Part shown: positions 47,215 to 56,252 of the stretch, in pieces
Position numbering within the stretch: the first letter of the stretch is position 1
Layout: every line of letters starts with the position of its first letter
Source of the DNA: Parcubacteria bacterium C7867-008
GTDB lineage: Bacteria; Patescibacteriota; Minisyncoccia; Phycocordibacterales; Phycocordibacteraceae
Direction: 5' to 3'
Length of the DNA stretch: 64,000 nucleotides
Assembly (NCBI GenBank): GCA_001189215.1
Contig: LFCR01000004.1
Location: 22,153 to 86,152, forward strand
Notes under the pieces: generated by a model
Seen by the model: the letters and a program-made list of their open reading frames with translations, nothing else
Told to the model about the DNA's origin: nothing
The model's database searches: none
Made by a program: the position numbers and the translations under genes

Positions 47215-48685
47215 ATAACTTCTCGTCAAAAAGGAAGAAATAGAGACTGTGCTGCTCCCGTGTGTTGAGCTTGGTCCATATAGAATATGGCCTTTCGACC
47301 AACGTCTTTGATTTCTTTAGAGCAGTTTGAAATGGAATCGCAAAGTCCAATTTCGCACCCGATTCTGCCTCCAGTCCCTCTATCTCGCGGGCAGTCTGCT
47401 CCATTTCATGTTCGTATACATCCCTCAACTGTTCTGTCTTTGCTCGATAGGCCATATCAGCTAAGCCTCGTAGTTTCTCCCGTAACTTCTCGATTTTATG
47501 CGCATGAGTTGCCTCACGTTTTCCAACCTCAGCGATCTCCTCTTTCCAAACCGCTCTAAATACCTCCTCTACAACTTTAGAAACAGAAGGTTTGAGCTTC
47601 GAGGCGTGCATAACCTTTAAGAAATTACCTTCCAGCTCGGCTTTCTTTATAGACTTATTTTTAAAAACACATCCGGCAGTTTTACAAAGATAATACGGGT
47701 ATCTGTTACCATTATGGTTCTTACTAAAGGCTGCTGTTAATGATGCGCCACATACGCAGTTAATTAAGCCGCGCAAAGGGAAGTCAGATGATATATCCTG
47801 GCGCACCCATTTTGATACCTGAACCTTTTGAAGCCGCGCCTGAGTGGCTTCATAAGTGTTTGGAGAAATAAGTCCTTTATGGTGGCCCGGTCTGCGGCTA
47901 ACCTCCCATTCGATGTGCTCCACATAACCAGCGTAAAAAGGATCTTCAAGTAAGCTAGTAACTTGGGTGATATAGCTTTCGGGCGCCGGCCTCTTCCAAA
48001 AGCCTTTATCAATTAGATAGCGCGCCATATCAACCTTACGGACTAGCTTTCCATCAGCAAAGGCCTCTAGGGCCGGTTTAAGCACGTCCAAGCCCTCCCT
48101 GGAGGGCTCCAGGACCTTTGTGGTCTTGTTTCTTTGGTAGCCACGTTTTGTACCGCCAATGCAGTAGTAACCCGCCTCCATGCGCGCCTTCATTTTCTGT
48201 ATAACCTGTCTTCTGTTTTGCTCTCGCTCAAGCTGAGCCTGTGCTGCATGTATGGTCTCTATAAACCTAGCCTCGGGACCTTCGTTAAATGCAAAGTTAG
48301 GGCTTTCTGGTCGAGCTCCCCTAGCCTCAATTTCTAACCTGAGTTCAAGATAAGCCTGAGTGTCGCGAGCAATACGCTTCATGTCATCAAACAAAACAAC
48401 GTAACTTCTATGCGGGAACTTATCCAAGTACTTCAAGAGTTGAACAACACCAGCTCTGTTCCTAAAATCCCCGCCGCCCGTGAAGACATCTTGGAATACC
48501 TCGTCAATCTGATAGCTTCTTTGTTGCGCGTACTCTCTACAGCGAGCCTCTTGTGCTTCCATCCCATGACCTTCAGACGCCTGCTTGTCAGAAGAAACCC
48601 TGCAATAGATAACCGCATGCTCCTCAACAGAAGCTGATGTGGGTTGCAGTGTAATGTTACTTTTTTGTTTGGGCTTTTTGGACAT
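47201..48685 (-). CDS. large serine recombinase (integrase)
   Basis: N-terminal resolvase catalytic motif AVIYCRVSSDKQ, recombinase domain, zinc ribbon (CVCG...CKTAGC), and a C-terminal coiled coil. Confidence 0.85.
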   Translation of the reverse strand: MSKKPKQKSNITLQPTSASVEEHAVIYCRVSSDKQASEGHGMEAQEARCREYAQQRSYQIDEVFQDVFTGGGDFRNRAGVVQLLKYLDKFPHRSYVVLFDDMKRIARDTQAYLELRLEIEARGARPESPNFAFNEGPEARFIETIHAAQAQLEREQNRRQVIQKMKARMEAGYYCIGGTKRGYQRNKTTKVLEPSREGLDVLKPALEAFADGKLVRKVDMARYLIDKGFWKRPAPESYITQVTSLLEDPFYAGYVEHIEWEVSRRPGHHKGLISPNTYEATQARLQKVQVSKWVRQDISSDFPLRGLINCVCGASLTAAFSKNHNGNRYPYYLCKTAGCVFKNKSIKKAELEGNFLKVMHASKLKPSVSKVVEEVFRAVWKEEIAEVGKREATHAHKIEKLREKLRGLADMAYRAKTEQLRDVYEHEMEQTAREIEGLEAESGAKLDFAIPFQTALKKSKTLVERPYSIWTKLNTREQHSLYFFLFDEKLFHCK

Positions 48686-48944
48686 AGCTGTCTATTTCAT
48701 TTCGTGTGATCGTTCTGCAAAACTCTTCTAGGTATCGCAGTTGCTCAAGTACTTCTTCATCACTACTTCGATAATCATTAAGGATGTTACGAAAACGCTC
48801 TATTTTGATTATAGACCTGGATTCATGAGCAAACTGAGGCTGCCTGATATCAGCCTCAACGTTTACAAATGTTAACAATGGTTTTTTACGGTTTTTCCGG
48901 GTCATTTGTGTGACCTCGCAAGATAGAAAAGCAAAAAACTCCAA
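48657..48944 (-). CDS. small hypothetical protein upstream of and overlapping the recombinase start (possible regulator or directionality factor)
   Basis: The ORF overlaps the recombinase start by 29 nt. An internal ATG at 48905 gives an 82 aa product. Confidence 0.4.
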   Translation of the reverse strand: MEFFAFLSCEVTQMTRKNRKKPLLTFVNVEADIRQPQFAHESRSIIKIERFRNILNDYRSSDEEVLEQLRYLEEFCRTITRNEIDSYVQKAQTKK

Positions 48945-49157
48945 AACCAGATGCGCCTCTTATGAGGTGCACTTAGTTTTGGAGCCTTACTACTTACGGT
49001 GTCTTCCGTTTGTTGATCACGTCTTGCGACGCGTCCTATTGGCCTGTTTCTTTTCGCCGGCGGGGCCTGCTTAGAGTATAACCCAAAAGTACTGCATGCT
49101 AGGATATGCTAGGAACCAGCGCCTAAACCTACCAATCTGGTAGGCATGGCCAAATAA

Positions 49158-49311
49158 AACCTACGCGAGCAGAAGCGGCCTCATAGGCTGGCTCTACTCG
49201 CGTAGGTCGGGTGTCTCGAAAGGGCCCCGGGTGATGTCCGAAAGGGTGTCATCGCCGGTTCTGTGGGGCCGCTTCTGCGTACCTACAGATACGGATTACA
49301 AAACCTACGCG
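49158..49311. repeat. cluster of direct and inverted repeats: aaacctacgcga x2 direct plus one inverted copy, and a gcagaagcggcc/ggccgcttctgc inverted pair
   Basis: Seen directly, with mutually exclusive pairings. It sits in a 375 bp non-coding gap inside the putative element. Confidence 0.5.
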
Positions 49312-49318
49312 AACTAAT

Positions 49319-49537
49319 ATGAACACAAGAAAAGACGGACTTCTATCCGTAAAGGATTGGACCAGGAATGAGTATGGCCGGAATGCGCTGATCGCGTTAC
49401 TTGGTGGCCTAGTGCTCAATATGTCAGGTTATACGATTGGAGAGGTGTTTGGTTCAATACTGGCTCTGCTTGGGTTTGGATTAGGGGTAATATGGGCCTA
49501 TTTGAAGATAAGCAAGAAGGAGCCGGCATACAAATAA
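49319..49537 (+). CDS. small membrane protein (72 aa)
   Basis: Two TM helices. Confidence 0.4.
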   Translation: MNTRKDGLLSVKDWTRNEYGRNALIALLGGLVLNMSGYTIGEVFGSILALLGFGLGVIWAYLKISKKEPAYK

Positions 49538-49595
49538 CACTTTGACATTTGCAATCAGCATGTCCTTGCAGACTGGCTTCATGAAGCTACAATGA

Positions 49596-50789
49596 GTGTA
49601 CATGGATGCAAACACCCTACTCGAACTTATTCAACTGCTTGAAGCAGACGAAGGGCAGTTTACTATTGGCGCCCGCATAGAAGAGATAAGGACGCTTCTT
49701 TCTCAGAACGATCCAGCACAAAGTACAGCAATATCTACAAAACTAACCGAACTATTTACCGAAATAGCTTCCAGTAGGGCAAACCTTTTTAGCCAGACAG
49801 AGCTCGCAATCCTCAAAGGTCTCGATGCGGTTGACTACTTCGGAAGTGGATTGACCCAAGCACTTACAGAAATTACATCTGGATCAAAGACATACGAGCT
49901 TACATCTCGGCTTAGCGAGTTCTACACAGAGCGCAGTACAAAGTACAACAAGCTAGTCCAAATGAAGAACTCCATGCTGGAGAATGGCTTGGTAGCATAT
50001 GAACAAGAAGAAGATGAAATTGCTCTTACTATCCCAGGAAAGGAGGTGGATGCCTCAGAGCTCGCAGAGCATCTAAAGACATTTTCTGAATTCCTTCGTG
50101 CGGTTCAGGAGTGCACGCTTCCAGCAGGCCAAACGCCAACACCGGCAGAGATTGTGCGTGTAAGTCGAGGTAGCCTGAACTTTTTCGCGCAGGTAGATCC
50201 TGCAACACTAAAGGCTGTTCTGGAGATTATCGGCTCCCTCGCAACAATTTACCTTGCTGGAGTTGATATACGTAAGAAATTCAACTCAAAAACTCCTTTA
50301 AGTGAAGATGAGCAGGCCTCAATAAATCAGCTGGCTGAGACAATAGCGCAGAAGCGGGTGGATGCCTTTGTGGCTGAGACGGCTGCAAAACTGGCTAAGG
50401 ATAATCATGAACTCGGAAATCGAGTAAGTCGTTATTTGAAAATCCTTATAAAGTGGATGCCGTTAGGCATACATCTTGAGGTTGTCGTTGCAAAGACCGT
50501 TGAACCTGTCGACCTTAAAACAAGTGAAGGTAAGCAGATAAGGGCAAAACAGGCGACACTTCTGAAGGTAAATGAGATGTATAGCCTACCTATGGAACAC
50601 CTCAAGCTCCCTGAACCGCAAATAGCCGAGCAAGACGTAGCTATTCCGGCAGAAGAACCAACTGTTCCAATTGAGCCAGAACAAGAAGTGCCTATCGAAC
50701 CAGTGGCGCCCGCTGAACCTGAGAAGCTAGAACCAATGACAGAAAAAACTGTCGAAAACAGTCCTGAGCCAGATGAGCCAAGTGCGTAA
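49596..50789 (+). CDS. hypothetical alpha-helical protein with an acidic Pro/Glu C-terminal tail (397 aa)
   Basis: First gene of the three-gene operon. No catalytic motifs. Confidence 0.55.
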   Translation: MYMDANTLLELIQLLEADEGQFTIGARIEEIRTLLSQNDPAQSTAISTKLTELFTEIASSRANLFSQTELAILKGLDAVDYFGSGLTQALTEITSGSKTYELTSRLSEFYTERSTKYNKLVQMKNSMLENGLVAYEQEEDEIALTIPGKEVDASELAEHLKTFSEFLRAVQECTLPAGQTPTPAEIVRVSRGSLNFFAQVDPATLKAVLEIIGSLATIYLAGVDIRKKFNSKTPLSEDEQASINQLAETIAQKRVDAFVAETAAKLAKDNHELGNRVSRYLKILIKWMPLGIHLEVVVAKTVEPVDLKTSEGKQIRAKQATLLKVNEMYSLPMEHLKLPEPQIAEQDVAIPAEEPTVPIEPEQEVPIEPVAPAEPEKLEPMTEKTVENSPEPDEPSA

Positions 50790-50802
50790 ATGAAATCATT
50801 AA

Positions 50803-51417
50803 ATGATCTGGTATTACCACCATCATCCTGAAGTTCTTTCGCTCGTAAAGGATTTGGCTACGATATCAGCGGCCATAATTGCTTCATACGTTGCTCTTGC
50901 AGGTTTAGGTGCTTGGAAAAGACAATTGCACGGAAAGGAAGACTATCAATTGGCGAGACGTTATTTACGCGAGGTATATCGTTTGCGCAACGGTCTTAAA
51001 TCAGTAAGAAATCCTTATATATCAGTAGGAGAAATGCATGCAGCATTGAAGGAAAGCGGTGAAGAAAACCCAGACCCTATCGCCGATAGAAAGAAAACAG
51101 ACTTCGCTGTCTACAGCCGAAGATGGGAAGAAGTAAAGCAGGCGTCAGTTGCTCTTGATGTCGAGCTTCTCGAAGCAGAGGTACTCTGGGGCAAAGAAGC
51201 TGTTTCTAAGCAGAAGCCCTTGCGTCAAAAATCCAACGAGCTATTTAGTGCATTACAACAGCATCTAAATGAACGTCCGCGTGTGAATATAGATGATTTA
51301 CTGTACGACGCAGGCGATAAGGATAAATTCACTCTTCAAGTTGAGGAAGCTATAAAGCCCATAGAAGAATACTTGGCCCCGCATTTGAAAATAGAAGGAA
51401 GAATCTCAACAAGCTAA
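50803..51417 (+). CDS. hypothetical membrane-anchored protein (204 aa, one N-terminal TM)
   Basis: Its stop overlaps the next start (ATGA). Confidence 0.55.
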   Translation: MIWYYHHHPEVLSLVKDLATISAAIIASYVALAGLGAWKRQLHGKEDYQLARRYLREVYRLRNGLKSVRNPYISVGEMHAALKESGEENPDPIADRKKTDFAVYSRRWEEVKQASVALDVELLEAEVLWGKEAVSKQKPLRQKSNELFSALQQHLNERPRVNIDDLLYDAGDKDKFTLQVEEAIKPIEEYLAPHLKIEGRISTS

Positions 51418-52151
51418 TGATTTCAAGAACCCGTCTCGACCGGATCGCTTTTCTTTCGTTTCAAAATGCTTTGCGTCTGCATCATGATGCAATAATCCTC
51501 TTTAAGGAGAAGAGTTATCCATCGGCTTTTTTCCTTTCAATACTTGCGCAGGAAGAGATAGGGAAAATGCACCTTGTTAATGATCAGTCATGGCGTTCTG
51601 GAGAAAATGAAGCTGGGTTGGCTGAAATCAAGGACGAAGTCAAAAAGAAAAAATACCAGGCAGAATTGGAGAGTATGGAAGAATATGTAATTAAGGCTCT
51701 GTATCAACATCCACTTAAGCAAGGACACTTTTATCGTAATTCTCCAGCGGAAGAGCTGTGGATTCCGAAGAAAGGGAAACTCAGAAAGGAGTACCAAGGC
51801 ATCTGGGATGGAATGCTTGAGGCAAGAAAACAAAACGCTGTGTATGTTGGCTTTGCAAGAAGGAGAGGGAAGATAGATACCACTAGACTTCACCATCCTT
51901 GGGAAATTACGAACGGAATGGCCGCAAGTCATATCACCAGAGTAAATGATTATCTATTGGTTTTTGGGTTGGGTTTAAGATATACGTCCTATGCGTATGA
52001 GAACGAGGAAATAGTTTCAATGATTAAGCATAGACGCTTTTTGAAGGAGATTGCTGCTAGTTGGATGCGTAGCGGTACGTTAGCTCAGAAGGAGATAGAG
52101 AAGCTCGAAAGGGCATTAAAGGATCCAATAGTTTCTGACGCTCGATTTTAA
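51417..52151 (+). CDS. AbiV-like abortive-infection family protein (putative)
   Basis: N-terminal FQNALRLHHDAIILFKEKSYPSAFFLSILAQEEIGK resembles the AbiV family signature. Assignment is from memory of the family alignment. Confidence 0.4.
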   Translation: MISRTRLDRIAFLSFQNALRLHHDAIILFKEKSYPSAFFLSILAQEEIGKMHLVNDQSWRSGENEAGLAEIKDEVKKKKYQAELESMEEYVIKALYQHPLKQGHFYRNSPAEELWIPKKGKLRKEYQGIWDGMLEARKQNAVYVGFARRRGKIDTTRLHHPWEITNGMAASHITRVNDYLLVFGLGLRYTSYAYENEEIVSMIKHRRFLKEIAASWMRSGTLAQKEIEKLERALKDPIVSDARF

Positions 52152-52301
52152 ATCCTCTTCTGTGGTAGCAGATGGGAGAAATCCTTAGTGTTCCGCAAGG
52201 GCTAATTGCAATGGAATGCACGTTTGATAGTAGTCCCAGAAGCGAGATAGATAGCTTTTTAAGGAGTTCAAAGTCTTGATTGATATGTCCACCCAAACAA
52301 G

Positions 52302-52330
52302 AAAAGACCCCGCAAGGGTCTTTTCTTGTT
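52302..52330 (+). terminator. hairpin aagaccc-cgcaa-gggtctt plus ttcttgttt
   Basis: Perfect 7 bp stem plus T-run. Confidence 0.65.
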
Positions 52331-52355
52331 TCAATCACAACCATATACTTATGAC

Positions 52356-52862
52356 ATGGAAGGCCCTCCCCCAAAGCTCGATAAGCAACCTGTAAACTCA
52401 GAAGATATAGCAAACCCGAACAGAATATTTGAGTGGGGTTTTATGCCAGACAATACTGATGTTCCAACAAAACCAGAGAATGTATACAGACAAATCAAGG
52501 TAGAAGGAGTCGATGATCTTAATGAGAGTGGTGTGGTACGAAATGCAGGAAGTGCAGGAAAAGGACGAGTACGTAAATACGGAGACCGTGTGTATTGGAC
52601 ACAAGGTAAAGAGGGAGAATTTCATAATGTACAACCAGGCCACGCGGTACTTGAAGCACCGCTATCTGTTGTAAGTTCCCGTGTGGTGACTGCAGAGGAC
52701 ATCATTGGTATTCATGTACGCAATGAAGCAGGAGAGGTTGAGAACCGCGCCCGCGCCATACCTGAAGTAGCTGTTGATGCATCAGGTACTGAGCAGAAAC
52801 CAGAAGAAGGTTCTAATCTAGAAGATGTTCGAAATAGGCTTGGTTTGTCTCCAAAGGAGTAA
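52356..52862 (+). CDS. hypothetical protein (168 aa)
   Basis: The track ORF starts at a TTG inside the terminator; it is trimmed to the ATG at 52356. Confidence 0.45.
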   Translation: MEGPPPKLDKQPVNSEDIANPNRIFEWGFMPDNTDVPTKPENVYRQIKVEGVDDLNESGVVRNAGSAGKGRVRKYGDRVYWTQGKEGEFHNVQPGHAVLEAPLSVVSSRVVTAEDIIGIHVRNEAGEVENRARAIPEVAVDASGTEQKPEEGSNLEDVRNRLGLSPKE

Positions 52863-52872
52863 TTTAGATTCT

Positions 52873-53055
52873 ATGCACACTGAATTAATAGCTGGAGCAG
52901 CATATTTGTTTAATTCAGGTCTACGCGAAGGAATGAATGATCCCATTCACGCGCTGTATACAATGGTTGGTATTGCGGTGCTGGTTGTGGCTGGAATCTC
53001 CGTTGGAGTGTATAGGAACAGACAAAAAAGAATGAAGAAACGTGATTCCTGGTAG
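52873..53055 (+). CDS. small membrane protein (60 aa)
   Basis: Single TM plus basic tail. Confidence 0.35.
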   Translation: MHTELIAGAAYLFNSGLREGMNDPIHALYTMVGIAVLVVAGISVGVYRNRQKRMKKRDSW

Positions 53056-53056
53056 A

Positions 53057-54181
53057 TCAAGCGCGCTTGAATATAAAGCGTGAAAGTACAAGAAAGCTTT
53101 CAACAGCAATAATGAGCGCAGCAATTGCCTGCGCCAATATGTACCAAACTCCTAGGTAGTGCACGAGAAGGAATACAATTCCCGTATTTAGAACAAGATT
53201 AATGGAAGCAACAAGCAAGTGTAAGGGAACTTGTATTGCAGTAGATTTTTGATGCTTGTAGTTGAAGGTCCAGTACTTGTGGAGAAGGAAGTTAGCTATT
53301 CCTGAGGTTGCAAAAGCAACAATTGATGAGATTAGATACCAGACATGGGAGATGTCGGTAAGGAGGTAGAGGACAGTAACATTAACCAACACGCTTATAG
53401 CTCCTGTAGTGAGGAAACGTAATGCCTTAGGAACCTCTTTACCCATGGGGGCGCTATGTATACCAAGTCTGAAGAACACGATCGCTAGGAGGCAATATAT
53501 GCCATGTCTGGCACGTATCTTCTTTCCTTCCGTGACGGTACGCGGATGGTAGGTGATTGGCACTTGAGCAACGGTACCTGCGTGCTGGAGGATATATGTC
53601 ATCTCAATAGCATCAAATACGAAGTCGTCACTAGGAGCTTCTAGGAGTGCTGGTATGCGCTCTCGAGGGAAGACTTTGTAGCAACACGGAACGTCCTTAA
53701 ATGAGCTACTGAAGGCAAGATTATAAAACGAGGAAACAACACGACCTCCAAAAAACAGCATGCGATTGCGATGAGCATCTTCTTCGGTAAGAGTGCGGTA
53801 TCCAAACACGGTATCTACCTTTCCTTCAATGATCGGAGCAAGTAAAGAAGGATACTGACCTGGATCAATCTCAAGGTCTCCATCTTGAATGATGCAGTAT
53901 GCACCGGTTGCATTACGAAGACCTTCCTTAACCGCACCTCCTTTGCCGAGGTTCTGGGGAAGATACACAACCTGTACGGTATTCCCTGCATCACCAGATG
54001 AAAGTGTACCCAATGCTGCGTGTGTTTCTTCGTTAGATCCATCATCCACAACAATAATCTCTTTGGACCAGCCAGAAGGAAGTCCTGTTGCAATGACTCG
54101 TTCAACAACCAATGCAATAGTGTCAGCTTCATTGAAGCAAGGAATGATTACACTCAGGAGTGTTTTCGGAGTGTTACTCAT
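53057..54181 (-). CDS. family 2 glycosyltransferase (Dpm1/GtrB-like) fused to a GtrA-like C-terminal TM domain
   Basis: LSVIIPCFNEA...VVDDGS GT2 motifs. C-terminal 4 TM GtrA-like region. Confidence 0.75.
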   Translation of the reverse strand: MSNTPKTLLSVIIPCFNEADTIALVVERVIATGLPSGWSKEIIVVDDGSNEETHAALGTLSSGDAGNTVQVVYLPQNLGKGGAVKEGLRNATGAYCIIQDGDLEIDPGQYPSLLAPIIEGKVDTVFGYRTLTEEDAHRNRMLFFGGRVVSSFYNLAFSSSFKDVPCCYKVFPRERIPALLEAPSDDFVFDAIEMTYILQHAGTVAQVPITYHPRTVTEGKKIRARHGIYCLLAIVFFRLGIHSAPMGKEVPKALRFLTTGAISVLVNVTVLYLLTDISHVWYLISSIVAFATSGIANFLLHKYWTFNYKHQKSTAIQVPLHLLVASINLVLNTGIVFLLVHYLGVWYILAQAIAALIIAVESFLVLSRFIFKRA

Positions 54182-55775
54182 AGAATTTTACGAGTGCATA
54201 CTTCCCAGACCGCACCACAGCTCTCTTCTCACAAGACGCAACACCTTCCGTGAAGTCCGTCATATCAATGAAGCCGTATTGAAGATCATGTGCCTTTCCA
54301 TAGTCTGCAAAGGCAACACAATCCTTTGTTTTAAGTACATCACGTACTTCGTTGTATCTAGCAAACCACTGGTCCGCTGCGTCCCCATCATATAGAGCCA
54401 CGTTACCATCCTTAGAAGACACGTATGTTGGCTTATTAGCGTATGCGCGTATGAGATTTGCTTCACCATTTGGATTAGCAAGAATCATAGTTTGAGGTCT
54501 AAGAAGAGTATCAACTTCAACGAGTGCAGAGATGAGTTCCTTTGTATCTTTAGACTCCCTATATCCGTCACTAAGCCCCTCAACAACATTCATTACAGAT
54601 GTCTGCGCGCAAAGTATGCCTATGAGTAGTACAGCAAAGATGACCTTCATCCTGCGACTAGTTCCAAACTTAGCCGTGAAAAGTATGTATCCATACGTAC
54701 CAACAAGAACCATTGATGAAAGGTAGAACCATACAGAAGCTCGAGCCAACAGATACTTTGCATACGGTGTGAACTCAAGACCAACACCAATAAGAGAAAG
54801 GATAAGCGTGCTCCACCACAGAGCCATCCACACAGTCATAGAAGGTCCTTCTGGTAAATTTTTCTCTCTACGACACCAGAACCATAGTCCAAGCACGAGT
54901 GCTACATAAATAATCTGCTTACGGAGATAGTGCAGAAGAAGATAGGACCACGAGTGCAGTACTGCCGTGTAGTGATCAAGGATTATGGATGGATTGGGAG
55001 GTGAGAACTGTCCTATACGGAAAAACACATCATAGAGCGCAAGGGGAGCAGCAGCTAAGAACACGAGTCCGTATGCAATGAACTCAAGCTTGATAGAACG
55101 TGTTCGTATAACCTCAGCAAACAAAACGATCATCGCCACATGGAAGAAGATAACGGGATACCAGTTCGATAGAAGACCAAGCAAGGCAAAGAAGATAAAG
55201 AACTTCTTTCGTGAGCCCCCCTCAACTGCTTTGAAATACAGAATGAGCAACCAAACAATAATTCCAAGTCCTAATTCCTTAGGTACAAAGCCTTTCACTA
55301 AGAACCCCCAGCCAGACAATCCCAAGGATATAACGGGAATAATGCTAACTAGTGCAATACAGAAGGCGAGTACTCTGTTACGTGTTGTATAGAGAACCAA
55401 TGAATAGACTCCGCTCAGGAATATAAGAAGGGAAATAGTAGATATAAAAATACTCCAATCCAGTACTCCTACGCCAAAGAAGTCTCCAATACGAACAAAC
55501 ACGGCATCGATAAACAACTGCCCGGTTGGCCAGGAACGATTATTTTGGAACATGACATCGTTCTCAAAGTTTCCTGCGTACGAGGTAGAGAACTCAGTCC
55601 AATGGACTGCATGTACGAAGGCGTCAGAAGAGAGTTGATATTTAAGGGGTACTCCAGAAACAGCTAGAAAGGAGATGTTAAGCAGGAAGGCACAAAAGAA
55701 TACGATAGCGATAAGAATAAGATCAGTCTTGATCCGTGCGAGTCCCTGCCAGTGCATTGCATGGAAGTATAGCAA
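54174..55775 (-). CDS. polytopic membrane protein, GT39/GT83 (PMT/ArnT)-like glycosyltransferase candidate
   Basis: More than 10 TM helices plus a C-terminal soluble domain. Overlaps and is co-oriented with the GT2 gene. Confidence 0.45.
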   Translation of the reverse strand: MLYFHAMHWQGLARIKTDLILIAIVFFCAFLLNISFLAVSGVPLKYQLSSDAFVHAVHWTEFSTSYAGNFENDVMFQNNRSWPTGQLFIDAVFVRIGDFFGVGVLDWSIFISTISLLIFLSGVYSLVLYTTRNRVLAFCIALVSIIPVISLGLSGWGFLVKGFVPKELGLGIIVWLLILYFKAVEGGSRKKFFIFFALLGLLSNWYPVIFFHVAMIVLFAEVIRTRSIKLEFIAYGLVFLAAAPLALYDVFFRIGQFSPPNPSIILDHYTAVLHSWSYLLLHYLRKQIIYVALVLGLWFWCRREKNLPEGPSMTVWMALWWSTLILSLIGVGLEFTPYAKYLLARASVWFYLSSMVLVGTYGYILFTAKFGTSRRMKVIFAVLLIGILCAQTSVMNVVEGLSDGYRESKDTKELISALVEVDTLLRPQTMILANPNGEANLIRAYANKPTYVSSKDGNVALYDGDAADQWFARYNEVRDVLKTKDCVAFADYGKAHDLQYGFIDMTDFTEGVASCEKRAVVRSGKYALVKFYE

Positions 55776-55801
55776 AGATATCTATGCGTTATACTGACGC
55801 C

Positions 55802-56206
55802 ATGAACACGAAACTCATAAAACTATTCTTTATAACGTTGCCTATATTGGCAGTAATAGACTTCTGCTGGGCCGGCATACTCGCTACTGATTTCTATCGC
55901 GGACAGGTGGGAGATTTACTCTCAATGAATCCAATCCTTCCTCCACTGGTTCTCTTCTACATTATCTACACGGCAGCGGTTGCATACTTTGTAATCAGTC
56001 CTGCACTAGCTGTTCGTTCATACAAGTTACTTGTCATTAACGCAGCGTTCCTTGGTCTGACCGCATACGGTACCTATGATCTCGTTACGCTTGGTCTCAC
56101 ACCCGGATGGACCCCCCTTGTTACCGTTGTAGATATTATTTGGGGTATGGTACTTACCACCGCAGTTTCTTCTATCGTGTACGCAATCGCTATACGTTGG
56201 AAGTAG
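55802..56206 (+). CDS. small integral membrane protein (DUF2177-like?)
   Basis: 4 TM helices. The family name is tentative. Confidence 0.45.
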   Translation: MNTKLIKLFFITLPILAVIDFCWAGILATDFYRGQVGDLLSMNPILPPLVLFYIIYTAAVAYFVISPALAVRSYKLLVINAAFLGLTAYGTYDLVTLGLTPGWTPLVTVVDIIWGMVLTTAVSSIVYAIAIRWK

Positions 56207-56215
56207 CAAGCCTGT

Positions 56216-56252
56216 AAAAAGAATCCTCCGCAACAAGCGGAGGATTCTTTTA
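56216..56252. terminator. hairpin aagaatcctccgc-aacaa-gcggaggattctt (bidirectional)
   Basis: Perfect 13 bp stem between convergent genes. Confidence 0.65.

Larger units (their letters stand above)
47170..52217. mobile_element. putative integrated element: serine recombinase, repeat-rich non-coding region, and a three-gene cargo operon, bounded by TTGCAATG(A/G)AAT cores
   Basis: tRNA fragment at the left edge. ATTGCAATGGAAT recurs at 52205-52217. A large serine recombinase is at the tRNA-proximal end. A terminator lies just outside at 52302. Confidence 0.4.

Noticed and set aside
47214-49320. Group I or II intron in tRNA-Ala
   Set aside because: No 3' exon (T-arm plus acceptor) is found downstream. 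The intervening DNA encodes a serine recombinase, not a homing endonuclease or RT-maturase.
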